This document shows, in pieces, positions 12,315 through 25,557 of a stretch of 64,000 nucleotides of DNA. Under the pieces are notes generated by a model. The model saw nothing but the letters and a program-made list of their open reading frames with translations. It had not been told where the DNA came from and made no database searches. Both the position numbers and the translations under genes were made by a program. Where the stretch lies: positions 939,773 through 1,003,772 of the forward strand of contig BDGG01000010.1 of the NCBI GenBank assembly GCA_001949185.1, written 5' to 3'. Source of the DNA: Ramazzottius varieornatus. Taxonomy: Eukaryota; Animalia; Tardigrada. The number at the start of each line of letters is the position of its first letter. The stretch's first letter is position 1.

Positions 12315-15300
12315 ATGGATCACAGTGATCAACAGCTGGAAGATGTCGAGACGTTCGGCGCAGAAACCAGCATTTCCCTCGTTCCTCCAGACGACTACGA
12401 GCCGGACAAGGAGCAAGACACGTCCGATTCGTGGGATGCGTCTTTCGGTCTGGCTTTCGATACCCGCGATTCCGATCGGTTGGACGATCTAGCCGGCTTA
12501 GCTACTGCTAACTTTGCCCTTCCTGGCGATCGCCTTGGCTTCGGCTGGAAAGAAGGCCTCAAGGTAGCACAGCATGGACTTGGCAGAAGAAGTCCATCGA
12601 GGGAACGGAGCAGATCGCCAGACGAAGCCGAGACTTCTTTCAGTCGCGATGTGCATAGTCCTGCTGCTCTGGCCGAATCCCTGGATTTCACCGCGAAATC
12701 TCACGTTGACTCGCTAGATAACCCCTCTGTGATACTCAGTAGTGATTTTACTCACGAGATCTCACCCATCGTCAACGGACCAAACTCGCACAAGAAAACT
12801 GCCCTGAAAGATGTGATAGCGACGGATGGGTTGGATTTTTCCATTACTTCTGTCGAACAGGTTTGTGTCTTTCGGCATGATCTGATATCGGCCAACACGT
12901 TAAACATGGATTGTGCTTTCAGGAAGGAAAAATTCTCAGTAGGATAGCCGAACTGAGAAAAGTGGGCAAATGGGAAGATTCAAGAATACCGAAATGTGTC
13001 GTCGCTCCACCGTTCAGCAAAGGCATCGTCAACTTTACTAAGGAAGTTACCTGGGTAGCCACGCTGATTGCCAGAGAAAAGAAGCAAAAGATGATCATGG
13101 CGAAAAAGGTAAGCCTTCATGGACACTCGATTGGACTTTGATCTATCGTCAATCGAGTAACCGTCAGTGGAATTTGTTACACTTTTTTCCCTTGATGTTG
13201 TTCGTTATGCAGCCGTATCGTTTCATTCACAGATTGCGTACGCTGTCAAGCGCTGGCACGAGAAACGGGAAGAACAAAAGCGGAAACAAGAACGCGAAGA
13301 AAGGCTGCGAATGAGGAAAGTGGCGAAGCACATAGGCAGTTTGGTCATGGCTTGGTGGCAGGAATTGGGCAAAGTAGGTTGAACTCTAATCGTCGCATTC
13401 TTCTGTGATTCTAATTTATTTCGTGGTTTTTTTACTTGTAGGTTGCCCAGTTAAAACAGAGAGAAGAGATAGAAATTCAAAAGAAGAAAATTCGGGATTT
13501 ACACCTACGTCATCTGATGGACCAAACGGAGGAATTTTCGAGCCGCATGGCGCAAGGCCTGTCGAGAACTTCCACACAACTGGCGATCGAGGATTCCGCC
13601 GAGCCAGTCGAGGAAGAGCTTGGTAGGAAATGATATGTAATAAAGTTTGGAGACCGAAAAGCAAGAAAATAAAAGTCCCAGAATTAAAGATGGGGGTGGA
13701 GGAAAAATCAAAGTGAAAGCAAAAGTTATCTGGAAACTCGGCAAACAAACACGACAAGGTTGTTCTCTCAAGGGGCGCACACTTTCAGCCAGTAACACTG
13801 AGAACGTGCGCCACGTGGGTAAATAAAGTTACGAGTCTGTTTGCCGAGCTTCCATTTGAGTACGCGTTTTTCGTGGATAAAATTTACGTAGTTTTTCGTT
13901 CTGCAGATCCTCAGGACAAAGAGTTCGAGGTCGAAGAAGACTCTGAGGCAGTGGACGAAGAAGACACGATCTCGGACGAAGAAGCGCAAGAAGGCGAGCA
14001 ACAACAGAGCGAAGATGCGCTGATGGAAGAAGCTGATCTGCCCATCGAAGAACTTCTCAAAAGGTACTCTGGCTACGAAGAAACTGTCCTTGCAGCAGCG
14101 GAAGCCCCTTCTGTCAACAAAAGAAGACGGACCATGTCCAGAAATCCTGACTTTGAGTACGAGATCGAAAAGAAGAAGAAGCGCGATGATGATTGTAGGT
14201 TGACAAGCCTAGAGTTTGTGGGAAAGATTTTCTACATCTTTTTTGTCTCTCTTGCCTTCCAGTAAGCGTGCTGGTCCAACCATCCAACGGGGAGGAACCT
14301 TCGATGTCCAGAACGGTGAGTTTCTTTTCGAGAATCATATTGAGTATTGACTTTGGGTAAACCTCTGTCCTGCCATTTCGAAGTCTACCTTTGGAAAGGA
14401 TTCACGATGGGGTGATAATAGGAATTTCTCAGCTGATGTTCCGGTACTGAACTGGTATCTTAACTTCAAGAGGAATTGACAGATGGTTCTTTTGTCTTTT
14501 GCAGGAGAATGCGTCGTTCGATGACAAGGTCAAGAAACGAGAAGAAGCCATGGAGAAGCTCAAGCCGAAAGGAAATTCCCTTTCCAGTACCGAGGTGAGT
14601 TCTGCGAGTTGAAAGTGTGCCAGTTATACGATCGCTCCTTCCTCCAAAATTAAGTGAAAATGGAGAGTGGCAATTGATTTTCATACAAGGAATATTCGGT
14701 AGGATGAATGATTACGTTTTCGATAGGTTGTGACGAAAGTTCCCTTCCTGCTTCGAGGCAGTCTCCGAGAGTATCAGCATGTTGGTCTCGACTGGCTAGT
14801 GTCGCTGTACCACAATCAGATGAACGGTATCTTGGCAGACGAGATGGGCTTGGGTAAGACTATCCAGACCATCGCCTTCATTGCTCATCTGGCTTCGGCC
14901 GAGAACAACTGGGGCCCTCACCTCGTCATAGTCCCCACATCGGTCATCCTCAACTGGGAACTGGAGTTCAAACGCTGGTGTCCTGGCCTCATCATCAAGA
15001 CGTACTACGGCAGCCGAAAACAACGATTGGATCTCCGAACGGTGAGAAGAGATTGTTTTTAAGTGGCGCACGAGTTCTACCAATAACACCGAGGTCGTGC
15101 GCCACTTGGGAAAGCAATGTTGTCCAATTTGTTGCTCACGGTTCTCTTTCTGCCTTCTGTTGGCCCCAAATAACTGCACAAAGAGGGCCAAGTTCTGGTT
15201 AAACTGTATTCTCATTTGCTTTCTTCGATAGGGATGGACGAAGCCTGATGCGTTTCACGTCTGCATCACTTCCTACAAAGTGGCCACGCAAGATTACTCG

Positions 15301-18300
15301 TCGTTTCGAAGAATGCGCTGGCAGTACCTCATTCTGGACGAAGCACAAGCCATCAAGAACTACAAGTCGCAGCGGTGGACACGGATAGCAGAATTCCCCA
15401 GTCATCGGAGACTGCTGCTGACCGGCACGCCTATGCAGAATAGCCTGGAAGAAGTCTGGGCGTTGCTGCACTTCCTGGCACCGGAACTGTTCGAGAACCT
15501 GAACATGTTCCAGCAGCTGTTTTCCAACCCGATGACAGCCATGTCGGAAGGGAAGAAGCCTCAAGATAACGCCATCGTCAAACAACTTCACACGGTAAAA
15601 ACACAAATGAGAGCGAATACAATCGACGTGGCAAGTGGCGTACGCTTCCGGCCAGGCCCTTCGATGATGTGCGCCGCTTGAGAAAACGGTCGAGTTTGTT
15701 TGCCTGTCTCGCGGATACTGATCAAACCTTCGAACCAAATGTACCATAATCTGCTTGGCTACAGGTTTTGAGGCCGTTCATTCTGAGGAGGATGAAGGCC
15801 GAAGTGGAGACACAGCTGCCGAAGAAATTCGAGCATGTGGTGCAGTGTCGGTTGTCGAAACGGCAGAGGAACCTGTATGACGATTACATGTCCAGAACGA
15901 AGACGAAAGAGACCTTGGCGACTGGAAACTACCTCAGTGTCATCAACATCCTGATGCAGCTGAGAAAAGTCTGCAACCACCCGAACCTGTTTGAAGAACG
16001 ACCGGTGTTGTCGCCTATGGTGGTTGCTCCCATACCGATCAAACTACCCGGCCTTATTTTCGATGTCTTAAATTCCACGAGAGACCCTCCTTATGTAAGC
16101 ATCTTTGTTGTTCAGTCTGATTAGCCTTCTCTGATTTTTTTTGCCGACTTTGCGACAGATCTGGAGGATTTTCCAAGATGCGCAAGTTGCCATGAATCTG
16201 CATACTTCTACGGTCCTTTCTGAAGGGGCTGATGTATGCAGTGCATGTTAAAGTGGCGCACTTCGTCGGTTTTCTGGCATATTTGCATGAGTTTTCCGCT
16301 TTTGTAGTATGAAATGTTATCGTAGGAGTTCTGTCTTGATTTTCTCCAGTAGCTGAGACGTCTGAAATAATGTTCTTGCCTCTTTACAGATGAAAGAGGT
16401 GTCGACAACGATCAGATTGCCTTTTTGGCATTCACCCAGCGGGCTCTTCTCGACCGACTCGTCGACGCTCCTGTCTCTGGTTCCGCCGGACGACAAGCTG
16501 GCCCCTCTGAGGGAAGAGGGAAAAGAGATCGCGCCGGCTGAAATGTCATACCCGCAAGACTTCCCGGCGGTGATGAATTCCATCGAACTGACCATGACAG
16601 ACATGATGGCGGGCACGCCCTTCGTTCGCGATGACGAGCGCCTATGCACCGATCTCTGCACACATTCGCCAGCGCCTCCTGTAAAAGCATTCTCCACGGT
16701 GGCAACAGTCCATACTGGAAGAGTCAAACGAAGCCTCAAAAACGGCACAGGCCCAAGTAAGAAAAACTCAGATAAATGGTCGAAAAATACTCTCGGAACT
16801 TTCAAGGCACAGAAAATTTTTGGCGATTAATCTTAATTAAGGGGGAGGCGACACTGGAGTCATTGCTGCGGTTTGGTAATGTCGCATCGATGCTAAAGTG
16901 TTCGAAAAGTATAACTTTGTCATTGGATATGCTTTGAGTAGTGCTCTTCGGCTACTTCGCTAATTCTTTTGAGACATTAGCTCAGACGTTACAAACGTTG
17001 CTCTTCTTCAGGGACGCCGATGAGGAATGGGACGAAGAAGCTCAGGTCCAACGTTGTCGAAGTGAACCCCGAAGCCCCCGTCAGGATATCCAGTAAACGT
17101 TTCACAGACGACGTGGTGCCGTTGTTGCTGAAACAGCAACGCGAAGACCATTACGATGTCTTCGTGGCCAGCAACAGGCGAAAGTGCGAGCTGAAGCCGC
17201 TGATCTTGGAAGATGTCCTGAACTTCGTCAAGCTGAAGAATGGAGGAAAGGGGGACAGAAGAACACCGCTGGACGTGGCGGAAACCGGCTATGGCCAGTG
17301 CTTGGAAGCGCAGAAGGAAGTCCTCCAAGAAGGTAAGCCAGCAAATCATTTCGACCCCTCCCAAACTCCATTAGATTTTTCTGAATTTCCCGTAATCTGG
17401 AAATTAGAATCGAAAGTTTGATGAGAATTCGGTAAAAACCAACTGAGCAAAATTGTTTCCTGAGTGACGCACAAACTCGGTATTTTCGGTTGGCAGGATG
17501 CGTCACTTGGGAAAATTAGCTTAACTTGTGTTTGCCGGGGTGTCAAATAGTATTAAATAAAATACTAGTCAAAATGAATTGAGCGAAATCGGAAATGAAA
17601 ATTTGCAGGTCCGTTTCGGAAAGGCTACTCGGCTCTTGAAGACATGACAGAGATGGGCGCTTCGGTTGGTACGTGTCTTCGCCGTCGAGATGTGAGCTTC
17701 TGGCTGGAAAGCATGTCACTGGCGTACGCGCCGGTCATGACGTCGCCGCCCATTTTAAGGGTGTCTAATATGCCGCGGAGGGTTTTGGAAAAAATGGACT
17801 TTCTGGAGAAGCAGCTGATGCCCATTGTCAAGCACGTCTCTGAAGTATTACATCCTGTGCAAAGATTGCGCGTGCTGAAGTTCCCGGAAACTAGGTTGAT
17901 CCAGTACGATTGCGGGAAACTACAGGCGCTGGACGATCTGCTGAAGGGACTCTTCGCGGGATCGCATCGGGTCTTGATCTTCACGCAGATGACGAAAGTC
18001 CTGGACATCCTGGAGATCTTCCTAACGTATCACGGCTACAAGTACCTGAGGTTAGAATCCGTGTCTTCCATTTATCTGCGTACATGGAATCAATGGTGAA
18101 TGTACGGCCTACTGTATGTAGGTCCATGAAACGTAAAGTTTCAAGTCTTACATGCACGGGCATACAGAACCCTTTAGTGGTATGCGGTTGGCTGTGTGTG
18201 CAGGTGTATGAAACAGGTTTTTACTGATTTTGATGTGATGGATTTGATGGTTGGTTTTTTCTACAGGTTGGACGGCACGACCGGTGTGGAAATGCGACAG

Positions 18301-21300
18301 ACCTTGATGGATAGATTCAACAGGGACAAGCGGTACTTCGTCTTCATTCTGTCCACCAGATCCGGAGGTGTCGGTGTCAACCTGACCGGTGCAGATACGG
18401 TGGTCTTCTACGACAGCGACTGGAACCCCACCATGGACGCCCAAGCGCAAGACCGGTGCCATCGCATCGGCCAGACCAGAGACGTCCACATCTACCGGTA
18501 AGCGAATTTGAATTCCTCAACAACCATCGATAGGAGTGCTGTGGATAAAATGAAAGATTTTGGCTCTTTCGACAGGCTCATCTCAGAATACACCGTCGAA
18601 GAGAATATTCACATGAAGGCCAGTCAGAAAAAATACCTTGGGCAGCTGGCGATCGAGCAGGGAGACTTCACGACTGCCGTCCTGAAGAAGGTGAGAAAAT
18701 ACTTCCTTTTTTAGGATCGAGAGCTCGGGAAACAAACGTGTCAAGGTTTCTTGTCAACGGGCGCGAGTTTTCTGCGTTATTGCCTGGAAATGTGCGCTAG
18801 TCGGATTACTATTTAATCTTGTTTATTTTTTACCATTTGTTGGACTGGCTTTTCACTTGTGAATTTTGTAGGAGAACTTCAAAGATATCTTCGGCTTGAA
18901 AGAAGGTGATCTTCCGGCCACGAGTACCGAAGAGAAGTCCAGTCATGAAGCGTCACTGGAAGTGGTGAACGAAGAAGCAGCTATCGAGGCGGCCATTGCC
19001 GAAGCCGAAGACGCCGACGATGCCGATGCAGCTCGCAAAGCCAAGGCCGAAGCTAAAGTCGAAGAGGAGGAAGAAGACGATGACGATGATCAGCCAAGAT
19101 TCAAAGCCATCCAGAAACTCCTGGCACCTATTCAGTGCTATGGTGTCCAGTACATGGAAAGCCACGTCTTGGACCAGGACGTCATGGAAGAACTTGAACA
19201 AACACGGGTACGAAATCAAATTGAATATACCGAAGGTTTTCGATGTTTGAGCTGCAATATTCGATCAGACGAGCCTAGAGTCACCGTTTGGAAGAGGAAG
19301 CGTTCAGGTGGTGCTAATGTGTTCGGAAAATATTTTCGTGAAAAACGAAGTCTGGATTGTGTCTTTATGGCCATTCAGGTTGATTTCTCTCGATACAGTG
19401 CTCATTTTACTTTGTGATTTCTAGTTTGGCCGGAAACTCTGAAGGTTTCCGTCATTAGGTTTGTAGAGAAATTGATGTTTGATGTTTTATATTTGCAGGA
19501 GGAAGTGGAAAGGAAGAAGAAAGAGTGGGAACTGAACCGCCTAGAAATTGCTAAAGCCGAGAAGATCAGAGCTGCTGAAGAAGTTTGCGAGCCATACGTC
19601 GTAACAAAAACCCTCATGGATCCTAAGGTAGATAAAAGGAATTTGAGACCGTCGTCTAGTAGACGGAAGGCCGCTGTGAGTCCGTCGCCAGCAGCTGTTG
19701 CGCCACAGCTGTTGCCGCAAACACCACAGTCGGAGCCACAAACGTCCAGTCGCGGGCGTTCCCGTAGAGTTTCTACAGGTTCGCAGAGTACTCCGAACAG
19801 TAGTCAGAGTCTTCCCTCGACCAGTGGAGGGAAGGAGAAGGCCATACCCAAAAAGAAGAAAGATGACGATCCGGAGTTCAAGCTTCCCTTGCCGGTGACA
19901 CCCAGAATGTCCAACGGGAAAACCAGGAAAGTATCGACGAAGGAAACAACTCCATCGACTCTTGCGAGTGCAAGTTCTCGACCACAGAGAACGACGCGAA
20001 GTCGGGGAAAACGGGAGTAAAAGTAAAAGTGAAGATATTACTTGATGTGATAAATTAAAAAATTGCCGCAGTCTGATGATGCAGTCAAGTTGAGCTTTCA
20101 GTCTTTTTGTACAATCCCCTTTCAAGATCTTTTTTGTAGGTTGAAACCCCCTTTTTGTGATATGTTGGTATCTTAGCAGTTTAGCTGATGACCATGATGA
20201 CTGGAGGAAATGAAAAGTTCGAAGGTGTGTGTGTGGTTCGTCGTGCGTTGGGTAATCTCGCTTCTCTGGACATGGCGCGGCTTGGCATTGCAAGGTTGAC
20301 TGCGAGAGACGAGATGGCCCCTTTCTTGTTGAGGGAAAGGGGAGACTGAAGATTTTGCCATTGTTGAATGGGGGATGGGGGCAGTCTTCTCGTTCTCCTT
20401 GGACTCGACTCACTCTTGTGGGGGAATCAACTAGCAAGAAATACCGCAGTGCCAAGTCTGTCCAGGGAAAACGAGAAGCACGAACCCGCCTTCGTAATGG
20501 GAGAAAACTTTTCATTCCTCTGTCAGGAAATCACCGGCAGCTTCTCAGATAGGAAAGGAACCAGGAAGATTTAGGACGGCTCGCAAGAACATTTGTTACG
20601 TTAGCCGTCTGTTTTGAAAGTATGTACTTGTGTTTTAGTTCTACGAGGACATCTTTACCGGAGAAAATCCCGAGGTAAGAAAGAAAACATGGTGTTCGAC
20701 TTTCAAAAGCAGCTGGGACGAGAGCAAAGGAGTTGACCAATACGTTATCTCAAGTGGGGCACGTTGTCATTTTCATCAGGCCGAGCTTGGTTCGGCTCTT
20801 CTAAGTCTACGATTGTTGAAATTCAGTGGACGAGGAAAGTAATGGAGCTCTCTGAAATCTCAACCTTGGACTGTTAAATGATACGCTAGCTAATCCGGGT
20901 AGCCTAAAAATTTCATTCGCATGCCCTGTGCTTATTCGTCTGTGGTTGGCCTTCCCAGTTGTCAAGACCGCTGGCTAGTGTACGGGAAGTGTGCGCCGCT
21001 TGGGGAAACGATCTGGTTTAATTCATTTGCCCACGTCCCAGTTCGTTGAATTTGTGTGATGAAAACCACGACGGTCTTCCGAAAAGATCTGAGCGACAAA
21101 CCCTGTTTAAACCCAAACTCTGAAATCTCAATCGGATATTGTAAACGAGAAAACGAGAATGACTTATCTCGCTGTGTGATTTCTACTGATGAGCCGTTTT
21201 CCCGTTGTTACAGTTCGTGCAAGACATTGATATCCCGATGTTTCACTTCCGTGATGTGGCCTCTCCGTCGTTATCTGACAAGGAGAACAACGTGAAGGAT

Positions 21301-24300
21301 TACTTGACGTGGGGACCACACTACCGGAATCCTCCACCGGAAACTCAACTACCTTCCAGTAAGAGAAAGTCTGGTGAGTTTCAATAATCATTTACCCATT
21401 CGAACAGTTCCTTACTTTAATTTGGCGTTTACAGGCAAGAGACTACGGAAAGACAAGCAGCTACCAGATCCTCTCATGTCAAAGTCGTCCAAGCGCAAGA
21501 AACTGGACCACTTGGCTCCGCTCAACTTCGATCCGATGATCGGCAAAGGTCTTCGCTTACCACCACACATGGGTCTTCCTCGCGACCTGTACGGCTCCAG
21601 CTACGACATTCCGGATACGTTAGCTGGCTTAGAGACTGCGTCGGCGGACTGGAAGCCCTTCGAGGACTGGCAGATTGTAACGGTAAGTCGAACTTCTGAC
21701 CGGATTGGGTATCTCTCATCGAATTACATTGGGCCACTTTTTGTTCTAGACTTCGTCGGTACTTCAGAATATTCCTCCTTCCGCGACGAATCCTCTACCG
21801 ATACCTACGACTGGTCGTACTTCCTTCGACTTGGTTGCGTACGTCTCATCGACGAGTAACTTGCGATACCGCATACCGATGGACTGTCAGGTGAGGGTGA
21901 AGACACTGCGGATGCGGGAAGACAAAGAAGCGCCGGTTGATGTGGGACCAACACCAACCAAGAAGAAGAAAAAATCCAAAGCTGAAGACCAGATCCTCGA
22001 CAAGGTAAGCTGAGATTAAGACATTATTTCTCCGATTCAGTTTCGGATTATCCTGCAAAATTTTTAATGTCAACACACCTACTCCGGCTGTTGACTTTAG
22101 GCTCCAGGAAGTATCCCGAAGAAGGTGGCGGTGGCAGTTCAAGAAGACGGTGGGCGTTCCCGCACACACCTCTACAAAGACCTCTTCGGCTCCTTCCGCA
22201 ACCAGAACTTCAACTCGCCGTTGGTCAAGCGGGACATGAACGCCTACCAGCGTAACCCGCCAGCGCCACCAGGCAGCGCCGGGGTTGGTCTACCCGAAAT
22301 CCCGTCGAACGTGGAAGATCTGATCACGCCGCTGGCGGCACTCAAGAAACGTCAAGAACGCGGTACGGTGTCGAGAGCCTTCTTGCAGGAGACAACACTG
22401 AAGTGGGCACAGGCACTGAATGTGGCGGTGGACCTTAATGGACAGCTGGCTAGCGTGAGTATGCTGTCACCTTCACCCAACAAGAGCATCCTCCAGCAAA
22501 CGTTGCAGATGGGAGTGCCGAGAACGCCGAATACTCTGGGACCGATGATGCCGAGAGGACCGCTGACACCGGGAACACCGGGCTCGATGCAGTCGGTGGT
22601 GAATAACTTCGTGCTAAATCCGAACGTGCCACAGCAGAGACCAGTCTTCGTGCCGAATAACAACGTGGTAAGAATTTTTCGAAGAAGACTTGAAATAATG
22701 GTGCCAAAAACGATGCGCTTTTTGGGAGTCGAACCGAGGCGGACGACTTGTTGACGTGTTAAATTTGAAGCGCTGACGTCACTGCCGTTTACGGATTTTG
22801 GCGGTAGCGTCGTAAAGTTATTTTCGACTGTTATCAGACTGACTTTGGGTCTTTGTTCTAGCCTTCACCAGTGACGCCGCAGTCCAGTAGTCCCTTACCG
22901 TCGCTGTCGACCTCCGGTATCAACCAGTACATGGGGAACATGGCATCGGCGGCAGCTGCTTCTACTTCCGCCGGAATATCCGGGACCTTACCTACAGTCT
23001 CAACTGCCCTACAACAGCAAGCACAACCCGTCAACGTGATGTACGCACCCACCGGTCCGCGTGCTCCCATGGTCGTCCAGCAGAATGGTGTTCCACAGCA
23101 GCAAGTACAGCTGGGTGTTCAACAAAAACAGAACCTGTTTCAGGTGAAAGAGTTCCTGACAAAGCTCTGTGCAGCTGGCCAACCCGTCACGGTCGACTCG
23201 GTCAACTTCCAGAAGCTGAAAGAGTTCCTCATGTCCAGGGGCATCGCCTTCAACGAGTCGCAGATCGCGGACTTGCTCAAGATGTTTGCTGGAGCCAGCA
23301 GACCGATGAGCGCCATAAGTCCGACAGGTACTGGTCCGAGTCTTCCGGTTAGTGCGAGTGGACAAGGCGGTGGAATACCGGGTTCGCCGGTGAATGTTTC
23401 CTCTGCGCCGATGGTGAGCACGATCGGTAATGTGCAGAAACCACCGCCCTCGCCATTCCTAATCAACAACACGCAGGTACAGTAAATTTCCTTTTGAAAT
23501 ATGCCTATTGTGGTTGAAGTCGGTCAACTCGTGCATCTAGAACTGCGAAACGCCATGAGTTGTGCGCGACTTGGCGTGTCCACTTGAAATGGTGTGCCAT
23601 GGGGTTTTCATGTCTCGGTGATCTGGTAGGCGATCTGCGTAGGAAGCTTGATGTTTGGTGATTTCAGGTCCAGTCGATGGGAACGCCAGTGACCAGCGGT
23701 CCGACCATAACTGCCATAGCGCCGCGACCAATTATGGTGAACAACCAGGCTGGGGTCCGGCTGCAGGCGGTGCCAGCACGGGCCAACGGTCCAGGTACCG
23801 TCACGGTTAACTTCCCTCCATCCAGTCAGGCTTCTACCTCCGTTCCAGCCATCCGAACTTACCAGAAGAGAGCACCGGCTATCGCGGTCCGCGTGACGGC
23901 ACCGATCGGCAATGGTCCCACCACCTCATCCGTCTCACAGGTACCGCCGGTGTTCCGTTCTGTCAACTCACGCATCGAATGCTAGAGAGCGTTCAATCTT
24001 GTACGCGACTTGATCGTAACTGGCAGAAAGTTGTTTTGTTCAGTCAACTCGCGCACCTAATTTTTTCAAGAAAGCTGTGTTTCGTGCGCGATGTGATCGT
24101 GGCATCCAAAAAGTGTTTCTGTTCGGTCTACTCGCGCACTGAGTGCTTTGGAGAGCTCGGTGTAATGCGCGAGTTGATCGTGAAATTTAGGAAGCTGCTT
24201 GGGAAATTCTTGTACCAAATCACTTTGTAGGTGATGACGCCGGTGACGAAAGGTACAGTCTCTCAAGTCTCCAGCCTTGCCAACTCTTCGACCAAAGCAC

Positions 24301-24632
24301 CAGCAACCATAAGTCCTGCAACAGTAAGCACGAGTACGCTGCAATGGACGCCTCAACAGTTCAACCAAGTGTTGAGCCTGTCGCAACCAACAGGAACGCA
24401 TATAGTGACACCGGCACCAAACGGCGTCTATGTGAGGCGCAACGTGGCGCCCAATAACGTAGTTTTGGTTCCTTCCGCCATCACACCGACCACTGCCACG
24501 ATAAGCAACAACGCACAACCGACCACGCTGCAGTTACAGATGGTCAGCAATGATGGCAAGCCGGCAGAACAGATGGCGGCAATCGTGAACCACCGAAGTC
24601 CTCCAGCTGGAAGCCAGCCTGAACCACAGTGA
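12315..24632 (+). CDS. dom: Domino / SRCAP-EP400 SWR1-family chromatin-remodelling ATPase (long isoform), many exons
   Basis: HSA region ([11 protein letters not shown]...[16 protein letters not shown]). Acidic [15 protein letters not shown]2 motifs [58 protein letters not shown]. Split helicase-C [38 protein letters not shown]...[14 protein letters not shown]-like DWKPFEDW and Q/P-rich tail. Confidence 0.93.
13770..13816. repeat. Palindromic N25 element in a domino intron
   Basis: ggcgcac 13774-13780, 25-bp spacer, gtgcgcc 13806-13812. Confidence 0.8.
15061..15107. repeat. Palindromic N25 element in a domino intron (perfect 11-bp arms)
   Basis: aagtggcgcac 15061-15071, 25-bp spacer containing ccaataac, gtgcgccactt 15097-15107. 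Confidence 0.9.
15633..15679. repeat. Palindromic N25 element in a domino intron
   Basis: aagtggcgtac 15633-15643, 25-bp spacer, gtgcgccgctt 15669-15679. Confidence 0.8.
17462..17508. repeat. Palindromic N25 element with a compensatory arm substitution, in a domino intron
   Basis: agtgAcgcac ending 17472, 25-bp spacer, atgcgTcactt from 17498. Confidence 0.8.
18755..18803. repeat. Degenerate palindromic N25 element in a domino intron
   Basis: caacgggcgcga 18755-18766, 25-bp spacer, gtgcgctagtcg 18792-18803. Confidence 0.45.
19499..20020 (+). CDS. dom: Extended terminal exon of a short domino isoform (read-through of the internal donor at 19627/19628)
   Basis: Frame stays open ~130 codons past AAG|GTAGAT, through S/P/K/R-rich sequence, to TAA at 20018-20020. 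Confidence 0.6.
   Translation, partial: EEVERKKKEWELNRLEIAKAEKIRAAEEVCEPYVVTKTLMDPKVDKRNLRPSSSRRKAAVSPSPAAVAPQLLPQTPQSEPQTSSRGRSRRVSTGSQSTPNSSQSLPSTSGGKEKAIPKKKKDDDPEFKLPLPVTPRMSNGKTRKVSTKETTPSTLASASSRPQRTTRSRGKRE
23525..23573. repeat. N25 element, CTCGCGCAC variant, in a domino intron
   Basis: caactcgtgcat 23525-23536, 25-bp spacer, gtgcgcgacttg 23562-23573. Confidence 0.7.
23957..24181. repeat. Tandem array of three N25-variant elements (~82-bp period) in one domino intron
   Basis: Left arms start at 23964, 24045 and 24128; spacers 25, 27 and 25 bp. Each unit is framed by gttcNgtc ... gatcgt; spacer sequences differ. Confidence 0.75.
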
Positions 24633-25557
24633 TGAGAGCGTGTCGAATTTGTTGGTGTTGCGTGTTTTTGTTTTCCATCTGGTTTACTCATTATACAGCG
24701 TATCTGTTCTCCCTTTGTTCCATGTTGAACTTAATCCCCCTTTTGTTTATCGGCGCACCAAAGAGTAGTGTTCTTGCGTACTACGTTCCATGATGGATGT
24801 TACACAATGATTTGTAGATGGATTTTCTTTCAGATTTTGATACACTTTGCACAAGAGTGCCTTTCCTTGTAGAAATGGTAGCCTTTGCTGTTCATTATAT
24901 AGATTGCGGAAACTCGTCAGGGACGACCGATCAGGATCAGGAAGTTCATTCGAAAAAACCCACAACATTGGCACAGCATCAATGAATCACTTGCCAATAT
25001 TGTCGTTTTTTTGAGTGGATTTCCTGATCCTGACGCCTCGTCCCCGTCCCTGACAGGTTTCCGCAATCCCTCAACTGTAACATGAGCGTCCATGAACAGT
25101 ATATGCATTCGAAAACATGATCGAATGCTAACAGAAGATTATGGGGAAAGCAAATTTCGATATAGTACAAAATTAAGATCAGAAAACGTGGGTAAAGCAC
25201 AGACAATAAAAAACCACCCCACGGTCGTTATCTTCTTCAGGTGAAAGAACCAGAACACGTCTAGAAGATTATTGGGGAAAGTAGGCTTTCCGCAGTAACT
25301 ACGGAGGACGTTGGCTACGGTGAGGAGGTGGGATGTACTTGTAGGGACCAGAAGCAGGCGAAGGTTGTGCTGGTTCACGACGCTTTTCGCGTTCCTGCTG
25401 ACGTTCCCTTTCTTCGCGTTCTTCGATTTCTCGTATGCGTTCCTACTGTTTGCGCGCCAGCTTTTGGCGATGAGCTCCCTGTTCAGCTTGCTTCCTGGTT
25501 GTTTCTTCCTCGAGTTTCGAAGAAGGAGCTTGGCTACACGAAGTACTGAAAACCAGA

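Noticed and set aside
16757-16830. Non-canonical GC donor or premature stop in domino
   Set aside because: A canonical phase-1 GTAAGA donor near 16757 joins the 17012 exon in frame
19541-20515. 324-aa minus-strand ORF
   Set aside because: Antisense to the low-complexity domino exon and its UTR; no recognisable domain
23957-24181. CRISPR array
   Set aside because: Eukaryotic intron, only three degenerate units, no cas genes; reported as a palindromic repeat array instead
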